A stretch of DNA of 60,949 nucleotides, counting the filler. It is 8 parts of 8 records of this genome, joined end to end, with 100 filler letters (N's around TTAATTAATTAA, not from the genome) between each part and the next. Parts side by side here need not be neighbours in the genome. Positions count along the whole stretch, not along the records: positions 52,412 to 60,949 come from SRR31147125_35926; 7 more parts are not named here. One strand, 5' to 3'. The notes below the pieces were generated by a model. It was given only the letters and a program-made list of their open reading frames with translations. It was not told where the DNA came from and ran no database searches. A program made the translations under genes and the position numbers. This document shows, in pieces, positions 53,762 through 60,949 of the stretch. Each line of letters starts with the position of its first letter. Within the stretch, counting starts at the first letter, position 1.

Positions 53762-55201
53762 CTAAAGCCCTTCGTTTGACAGTTTCTTTAACTGCGCGGC
53801 CATGCCTTCCAGCTGTATCTTGAATCCCATCCTGGCCTTGTTGGCTTTGCCGGACAAAAGAATCGTGGTGGCTTTTCCTCCTGAAACAACATCGACCACA
53901 ACCTGCTTATGGGACATGAAAAAGGCGATCCAACACCCGGCGATCATTAAGATGAACCCCGTATACACCAGCCAGACGCCAGGATCGTAAGCCACAACCA
54001 ACCCGGTATAGTAACGCTGTTCAGGCGGCGCCTGGCGCTGTCCGGATACGGCCGATATGATCACTGCCCCTCTTCTCATCGCATCGAATTTGGGGAAATT
54101 GAACGGCAGCGTCACTGTTTGATCCCCCCTCTTGTGATGAAAAACGAGCGATGAGGGCCGGTCCCAGCTCCATGCTCCGGAACTTCGCATCCTGCACGAA
54201 CTGCTCTATAGTGAGCTGCCCGAGACCTTCAGGCATCTCCACAGTTTCCCCCAGAGCGGTCTTTTTCGTATAGACCATACCGGACAGGACACTCTGAAAC
54301 CTGAGTTCGATCTCCTCGGGTGCTTCGGTCAGTCCGCTCATCTGCGGCGTTGAACCATCCAGGGGACCATAGCTGGATTGAAAGATACCGATGCTTTTAT
54401 AATAGAGCGGATCATTCACAATAATATCTTTTTTGAGAACATCTTTCCCGTTCTCCACGATGGTAAGGGTCGATCGAAACTCCTTAGGCCGTTTCCCCCT
54501 TCATAAAAAGAGACCTGAAAATCATCGCATCGGATCTTAAAAGGCAGCTTTAACTGACGGCCGGAGTCTCTCAGGTCGATAATCTCGGCGGCTTCACCTT
54601 CCGGGATCGCGACAAATCCCTCAAATCCCATTTTAGAACCGACCAATCCCCCCAGCAGCAACACCACGATACTGAAGTGAACCACATAGACGCCCAAACG
54701 GCTCAGTCGCCCTTTTTCAGCCGTAATCGCAAATCCTTTATCAGTGGGCAGCACTTGACAATAGCGAAAACGTTTTGCCAAAAATTTCTGAAACGGTTTT
54801 TGGAGTTCCACCGGATCCCGGTTAGAATTGAATTCAACACGTCCCTTGCGCTTGCGGTACTGGTTAAGGTCGAATTTCGGGTTTCGATTAAAGATCACTT
54901 TCCAGGAGAGGCGGAGGCGATCAATTGAACAGACCACGATATTGGCCACCAGCAGCACCATCAGGCTAACAAACCACCAGGAATGGTACATATCGACAAT
55001 ATCGAGCAATACAAACAGCTGATAGCGAAACAGCCCGAAAATGCGAACATAGTCTTCGGCACCGGCATTCTGTGGAATAACCGTCCCCAATATGGAGAGG
55101 ACTGCCATGCACAGCAGCAGCACGACCGTCAGTTTAACCGATGCCAGAAAACGCCACAAGCTACCCATTACATTTGGTGAAACGGAAACGTTGTCATCCA
55201 T
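53762..55201 (-). CDS. resB: Cytochrome c biogenesis protein ResB (frameshifts at ~54495 and ~54120-54170)
   Basis: FLASVKL, GTVIPQN, MYHSWWF, CSIDR, VVHFSI, IIVNDPL.Y, FQSSYG, YTGL...DPG. Confidence 0.9.
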
Positions 55202-55365
55202 ATCTAAAAGCCTTTATTCCTCGAAGTCGACGCGTGCCCCGCTTGGCGACCTACGTGCTTATCAGATCAGTACGGAGGTTACAACCAACCATCAGCAATC
55301 CATGTCGAATTGGTCTATATTCAACAGGGCATCGCTCGTTTTTCACCAAAAAGGCTGTTGCCTGA

Positions 55366-58253
55366 CTATTGATCCTTACCCGGCACGATGATAACGCTTG
55401 CAGCCTGGTGACTATCCAAATAGCGTTTTGCCAGAACGGATATCTCTTCGGCAGCGATTGCTGCATAATCTTTCTCGATACTCCGGGCCCAACCGAACTG
55501 CTCAGGATGACGATTCGACCCTATCATGACACTGTTTAGCCAATACGCGTTTGTTTGACGCATATCTTTTATCTGGACCAACGTCGGATCCAAAGCACGG
55601 CGAAGTTCATCCTTAGTAACGCCTCCAGCCTTCAACTCCGCTGCGATGGTTTCAACCTCCCGAACAATCGTTTCCGCCTGCCCCGGATCCACCAGGAGCA
55701 TGGCCAGTAGAACGCCATAGCCGGAATAGGCACGATAGCCCCGATGATAGGCATAGGGCGAATAGGAGGCTCCCAGTTTCTCACGAACCTTAACACGCAG
55801 TCTCTCTGAAAAAATTTCGGACAATATCGAGAGCCGCCGTGTTCTGCCAATGTCCCAAAAATCACTGGTCGGAAAAGCAACCACGGCAAGCCCGCGGTCT
55901 ATGGCCGTATCCGCCACCAAAGAGAAATCTTCGCCTGCGGGAAAAGAGGGGTCGGGTCTTCGAACGGCTGCATCAAACCCTTCACGCACCGGCAGCGAAC
56001 CGAAATAGAGAGATGCCAACTCTATCGCCGCATTTATTTGAAAGTCTCCAACTATCGCAATCTCCAGAGGCGCCTGAGCGATTTGAGTGCCGAACCACTT
56101 TTTTATGTTCTCGATCTCTATCTGTTTAATCTGCTTCAAATCAGGCCAACCGAAACGGCTGTCACCGCCCCCCAGGAGCTTTTGGCCCTTCAGCTGCATC
56201 AGCCCCTCAACCCTGTGAACCATCGATCGATTCTTCTGTTCAAACTGCTTCCGGGCGAGTGTCAGAGACTCCATACGGTAGCCGGGATCGCTCACCATGG
56301 TATGGAAAAGTTGAAAAAGCAGGGAAAGCTCCGAACTTGAGGATTGCCCATTTAGCACAAACATATCTTCACGCACATCGAGCGATATGTCTGCCAAACG
56401 GCCAGCCAGAGCATTTTCAAGGTCGATCCGGCTCATACCTCCAAAGCCGGATTCATTGATCACCGCTCCAGTCAGCACTGATAGGCCAGGGTGCTCAACC
56501 GGTTCCGAGTATTTACCAAGCCCGAAGGAGATAGCGGCCTTGACTTCGTTCTCTTTAAAATTGGTCTGCTTGAGAACCAGGTAGACCCCATTTTCAAAAA
56601 GCACTTTCACGATCCCCAGATCCGACAAACGCTCTTGTTTCTTGATCTTCCCTGCGGTCGTGGGTGCATCCAAATAAGGGAAAGCGACTAATGCCGTATC
56701 GGCGGGTGGGGCAACCGGCTTCTGCAGACTCGATTGGTATGCTGAAAGGATTGCCGCCTCGGGCGCTTTCGCAACTCTGGTCAATTCAGCGTTACCGGTC
56801 ACCAGTACCAACCGGTGCTGATCGGGCCAAAGATTTACAAATGCTTGATTGATGTCCGCCAGTTCAACCTCGTCGATCATAGGTGCAAGCAGTTGCCACT
56901 TCTGGGAAGGATCCTGGAAGACCTCCCATTGGTTGAGGCTGTCCATGATCTGCTCTGCCAAGACCCTGCTCTCCCTCGAATTCATCTCGTCCACATCGTT
57001 CTTCAATTCCGCCTTAATCGATTTCTTGGCACGCGTTAGTTCCGAGGGTGTAAATCCAAAATCGATGGCCTGCCGGAGTGACGCTTCCAGTTGGGCCAGC
57101 GCTCCATCCCAATGCTCCGGTTTGCATTCTGCTGAAACCTCGCTGTAGTGGATTTGCTGGAGATATTCTCCAGTGCCGATTCTTGCGTGCGTTAACACAC
57201 CGTCAGTTTCCTGAACAAGTCTGTCGAGTCGCCACTGCATGATTTGCCCTGCGATCTCTTCCCGTAGAATCTGACGCCGGCGTTCGATACTGTCTTGCGC
57301 CATATCCCTCTGCGCCACCGTTTCGATGCTCACGGTCGTCGATCCCATCTCCTTTTCGTGATGATAAAAGGCCTTGATGCCCTGGTGACTGAAGGATCGA
57401 ATGGGGGCGGCAACGCCTTTTCTCCACGCGCGCTCATTGCACCGAACTGCGCTTTGACCAATGGTACGGCATCATTGGAATCGAAATCTCCGACCATCAC
57501 CAGCACCATTCTTTCGGGCCGATACCACGTATCGTAAAAACGCCTCAGCTTATTTGCATCAAATGCAAGAATACTCTCAGATTTTCCAATGGGAAAGCGG
57601 TCGGCCAGCAAACTATTGGGCAATTCAAAGCCGAACGTTGCTTGCAGGGTTCTATATCGGGCCGAATCACGGGCGCGTTTCTCAGCCAGGACGACCTTTT
57701 TTTCCTTTTCGACTTGCGCGGGCAACAGAAGGGCTCCTTCTGCAAACTCTCCCAACACGAGGAGGCCGTCTTTAATGCTATCGACATCTCCGTCTGGTAG
57801 CAGGATATCATATACCGTTTGACCAAAACCCGTGTGGGCATTCGCATCCGGACCGAACTGCATGCCGATACGCTGAAAGTACTTGACCATCTCCCCGGGA
57901 GGGAAATTGGTTGAACCGTCAAAAAGCATGTGTTCCAGAAAATGGGTTATCCCCTCTTCACCCGTTACCTCTGCAAGTGAGCCGGTTTGAACGTAAAGGT
58001 GCATGCTTACACGGTCAGGCGGCGTGTTGTTCTCCTTCATCACGTATCTGAACCCATTCTCGAAATGCCCGAAGACCATACTGGCATCCGGGCTAAGATC
58101 GCTGCCTCCGTGTGGCCAACCCGATTTTTCTGTCATGACAAGAGCCGCACGCTGTGACGATGATGAATCTTGAAAATGGGTGCACCCACCAATAAAGATT
58201 GCAGCCATCGCAACAATTGCGATGGCAATACGCGCCGTGATAGATGAAGTCAT
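55366..58253 (-). CDS. M16 family zinc peptidase, PqqL-like lipoprotein (frameshift at ~57400)
   Basis: Inverted zinc motif HFLEHMLF, NAHTG, R.PIG, second half LFENG, VREKLGASYSP; lipobox IGGC. Confidence 0.9.
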
Positions 58254-58502
58254 TTACCCATCCTTTTCTTGCTTGCCGGCATCGGCATTTATCAAACAAT
58301 TAGATAATAAGTGTTGAAATTTGGATGGCAAGCAATCAAAAACGCCGGTCGTGACGACAGTAACCGTATGGTCGCGACAGTGCCTTTAACCCGCGGAAGG
58401 CGCCAAAGTTAACCAGTCATAGACCATGTCGAAGATTCGGACTATCTGTAATCGAAAGGTTAAAAGAATCCGTCTTACTTATTCATGTGTGGAGCGCAAA
58501 AA

Positions 58503-58544
58503 ACCTTTCAGCGCCCGCTGCATTATGCAGGGGCGCTGAAAGGT
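58503..58544. terminator. Long GC-rich hairpin downstream of the histone-like gene
   Basis: ACCTTTCAGCGCCC...GGGCGCTGAAAGGT. Confidence 0.65.
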
Positions 58545-58626
58545 CATATTGACATTAAAACGCTTTGGTCAGAAACCACTTTCCCGTAGAGAGGTGGTGC
58601 CTGAGTTGAGTTATCGGAAAGAGAGA

Positions 58627-59049
58627 CTATGCTTTGATGTAAACACCGCGGCTCACAGTCTTGATCAGTTTTTTCTTGCTCAATTTGTAAAGCGCATTGC
58701 TGAGCTGACGCGACTCCAGCTTGGTCTTGGCTTTCAGATTGGCGATGGTTGCGCCATTGCGGCTTTTTGAGATGACGTCGAGCACGTTGTCCAGAACAGT
58801 ACCTTTGCCGGCAGCGGCTTTTGTTTTCTTGGCAACTGTCTTTTTGGCCTTGGGGGCCTTTGCCTTTTTGACCTTGGTGGCCTTTGCCTTGGTTACCGCT
58901 TTCTTCTTGGGCTTTGCGGCAGCCTTTTTCTTGGCAGGTGCTTTCTTGGCGGGTTTAGGTGCCAGTTGGGCATTCAGCTTCTCGAGCTTGGTGGCAAGAG
59001 ACGCCAGGTTTTTAGCGATGGCTTTAATTTGGGTCTGTACTTTCTTCAT
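58627..59049 (-). CDS. Lys/Ala-rich histone H1-like protein with an N-terminal coiled coil and a C-terminal winged helix
   Basis: AAGGAGG RBS; heptad-like N-terminus, PAKKAPAKKK repeats, C-terminal VLDVI...GATIANLKAKT.L...QLSNALYKL.KKKLIKTVSRGVY. Confidence 0.8.
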   Translation of the reverse strand: MKKVQTQIKAIAKNLASLATKLEKLNAQLAPKPAKKAPAKKKAAAKPKKKAVTKAKATKVKKAKAPKAKKTVAKKTKAAAGKGTVLDNVLDVISKSRNGATIANLKAKTKLESRQLSNALYKLSKKKLIKTVSRGVYIKA

Positions 59050-59830
59050 ATTACTACCTCCTTAATATTTGAATTTCCTTACAAAAATCGCCCATTTAGT
59101 TCAGCCCTAATATACGCTTTTTGAATTGTCAACAACTTCTTTTTAAAAAAGTAGCATTATTTTGAGTTGTTAGAGCTACTCAATGGCTTCAATCATCGCA
59201 CATCCGCGATAGACAAGCATTTAGAAGAAAAGGGAGCAAAAAGAACTTTTTTCTATTTTTTACTGCCCCACACATTATCAGCTAAATATTTATCAATTAC
59301 AGGGCTTAAGGGACCGTTCTTCTGAAAATAGAGTATTAAATTGATACTTCTATATCGGTTTCCAGGCGTGCGTCTACAGAAGTAGACATTTTCTCTTTTT
59401 AGTATCCTCCTTGAGTTCTAACCAATTTATTACCTGCACATCGTTCCGCATTATGCTTTATTTGCAGTGAAGAGATATCATCGGGTTCAAGCAGAACCGA
59501 TATCTACGACGATCATTTTGATAGTATTCTCCGCAAGCAATCTTATATCTAACTGTATTATTTACAATATTTAATTCCTCCAAAACTTGATAGTAAAAAC
59601 AGGACTAAGTTCATAAGCATCACAGCCGTTTTCAACCATACGACCGGAACTGTCGCCAACCGACCGAACCACTTATCAGAAGCGGGGGTTCCGCCACTGA
59701 GTGTTAGCTTGACAAAATCGGCAATAGTCCATAGGTCTGTTCGAATAAATGGACAACTACCGCCTCTCGGGAACAAGGAGTGGTGAAGAAACCATATCAG
59801 CACAGGACGCTCAAGAAGGATCCTTTTATT

Positions 59831-60949
59831 ATGGCCCAAAGCCAAGAATCAGTGTCAAGTTCCGCAGAGACCGAATCATCGCTGACCTCACTCAACTCCG
59901 GCCAGATGAAAGCAGCCTCGTTCGGCGACGGGCCATTGTTGGTGATCGCCGGAGCGGGAAGCGGAAAGACGAGAACCCTGACTCACCGGGTTGCGCACCT
60001 TGTTCGACAGGGCGTTCCGCCCAACTCAATTCTCCTTCTCTCCTTTACGCGCAAGGCTTCACAGGAGATGCTCAAGCGTGCATCCGAACTACTGGACCAT
60101 CGCTGCCATGAAGTGGCCGGCGGTACATTTCACTCGTTCGCCAATTCTGTTCTGCGTCGATACTCGGCAAAAATCGGTTTCGACCAGGGGTTCTCCATTT
60201 TGGATCGCGGCGACGCAGAAGACCTTGTGGGCATCATCCGCAAAGAGACGAACACCGTAGACAAAGGGCGGCACCTGCCGCGAAAATCCACCCTTGCCAC
60301 CATTTTCAGCCGGGCGGTGAACAAGAACACGACCCTTGAAGAGGTTATTTATGAAGACTACCCACATTTTGGGTACCAGACTGAGTTGATCAACAAGATA
60401 TGGAGTACTTACCGGCGTCGAAAGCGGGAACTCTACTTTCTCGATTTCGATGACCTGCTGGTCTTTTTTCACGAATTGCTTTCCGAGCATGAAGAGGTGA
60501 GGCAACGACTGGCTTCAACGTATAAGCACATCCTGGTCGATGAGTACCAGGATACCAATTTCATCCAGGCGGAGATCGTCTCGCTGCTGGCCGGAGACCA
60601 TCATAATATCATGGTGGTCGGTGACGACGCTCAGAGTATCTATGCCTTCCGGGGCGCCAATTATAAAAACATCATCGATTTTCCGGACCGGTTTCCCGGG
60701 ACACAATTGGTAAAATTGGAGGAAAACTATCGCAGCCTTCAGCCGATCCTCGATCTTGCCAATCATGTCATCGAGCCGGCCACTGAAACCTACTCGAAAT
60801 GCCTTTTCACCAAACAGGGCGGCGGAGAGTTGCCCAGGTTGATGGCCACTGCCAGTGAAAACATCCAGTCCCAATATGTGACCAATGAGATTCTGAAACT
60901 TCAAAGCGAAGGGACGCCGCTCGGTCGTATCGCCGTACTGTTCAGGGCT
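59831..60949 (+). CDS. UvrD/PcrA family SF1 DNA helicase (3' truncated; missing from the ORF track because it runs off the window)
   Basis: Manual translation from ATG 59831: LNSGQ, LLVIAGAGSGKTRTL, FTRKA, GTFHS, DFDDLL, ILVDEYQDTN, VVGDDAQSIYAFRGA, LEENYRS. Confidence 0.93.
   Translation, partial: MAQSQESVSSSAETESSLTSLNSGQMKAASFGDGPLLVIAGAGSGKTRTLTHRVAHLVRQGVPPNSILLLSFTRKASQEMLKRASELLDHRCHEVAGGTFHSFANSVLRRYSAKIGFDQGFSILDRGDAEDLVGIIRKETNTVDKGRHLPRKSTLATIFSRAVNKNTTLEEVIYEDYPHFGYQTELINKIWSTYRRRKRELYFLDFDDLLVFFHELLSEHEEVRQRLASTYKHILVDEYQDTNFIQAEIVSLLAGDHHNIMVVGDDAQSIYAFRGANYKNIIDFPDRFPGTQLVKLEENYRSLQPILDLANHVIEPATETYSKCLFTKQGGGELPRLMATASENIQSQYVTNEILKLQSEGTPLGRIAVLFRA

Noticed and set aside
158..58253. 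Many split genes as pseudogenes or programmed frameshifts (modA, mtnK, mtnA, aldolase, MFP, primase, SNF2, MocR, TPS/TPP, GH15, resB, M16)
   Set aside because: The breaks are single-base indels, mostly at homopolymers, and occur in nearly every contig while catalytic motifs stay intact. Sequencing error is the simplest explanation; read polishing would confirm it.
59749..60904. Short ORFs 59749-60111, 59991-60260, 60089-60505 and 60515-60904
   Set aside because: Out-of-frame or antisense shadows of the uvrD/pcrA frame that starts at 59831.

Overview
The window is not one locus. It is eight unrelated contigs joined by 100-nt spacers (N44-TTAATTAATTAA-N44). Many genes carry single-base frameshifts, mostly at homopolymers, which I read as sequencing error. 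Taxonomic labels below are inferred from sequence style. C1 (1-6397, Desulfobacteraceae-like): modABC, then two tandem paralogs built from a ~32-aa helical repeat, convergent with an SrfB-like actin/Hsp70-fold ATPase. C2 (6498-13031): sugar ABC transporter plus mtnK-mtnA-class II aldolase (methylthioribose/5-deoxyribose 'DHAP shunt'). C3 (13132-21046): methyltransferase, PAI-like flavoenzyme and an InlB-B-repeat lipoprotein separated by GGGGACAC/GTGTCCCC palindromic sites, then a porin-like protein without a signal peptide, a 2H phosphoesterase, ahcY and REP-like repeats. C4 (21147-33760): ROK kinase, sugar O-acetyltransferase and a two-permease RND system with TolC. C5 (33861-39942): phage replication module (PolA, primase-VirE helicase, iteron-rich putative origin, VRR-NUC, SNF2). 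C6 (40043-46579): solute-binding protein, MocR regulator with DUF2917, transglutaminase lipoprotein with an EHP-repeat lipoprotein, TesA-like esterase. C7 (46680-52311, Bacteroidota-like): MORN protein, fused TPS/TPP, GH15, Dps. C8 (52412-60949, Desulfobacterales-like): cytochrome c system II, M16 peptidase, histone H1-like wHTH protein, UvrD/PcrA. No rRNA, tRNA or CRISPR array was found. The best novelty candidates are the 32-aa-repeat paralogs with the SrfB-like ATPase (C1) and the palindrome-bounded cassette-like gene series (C3).
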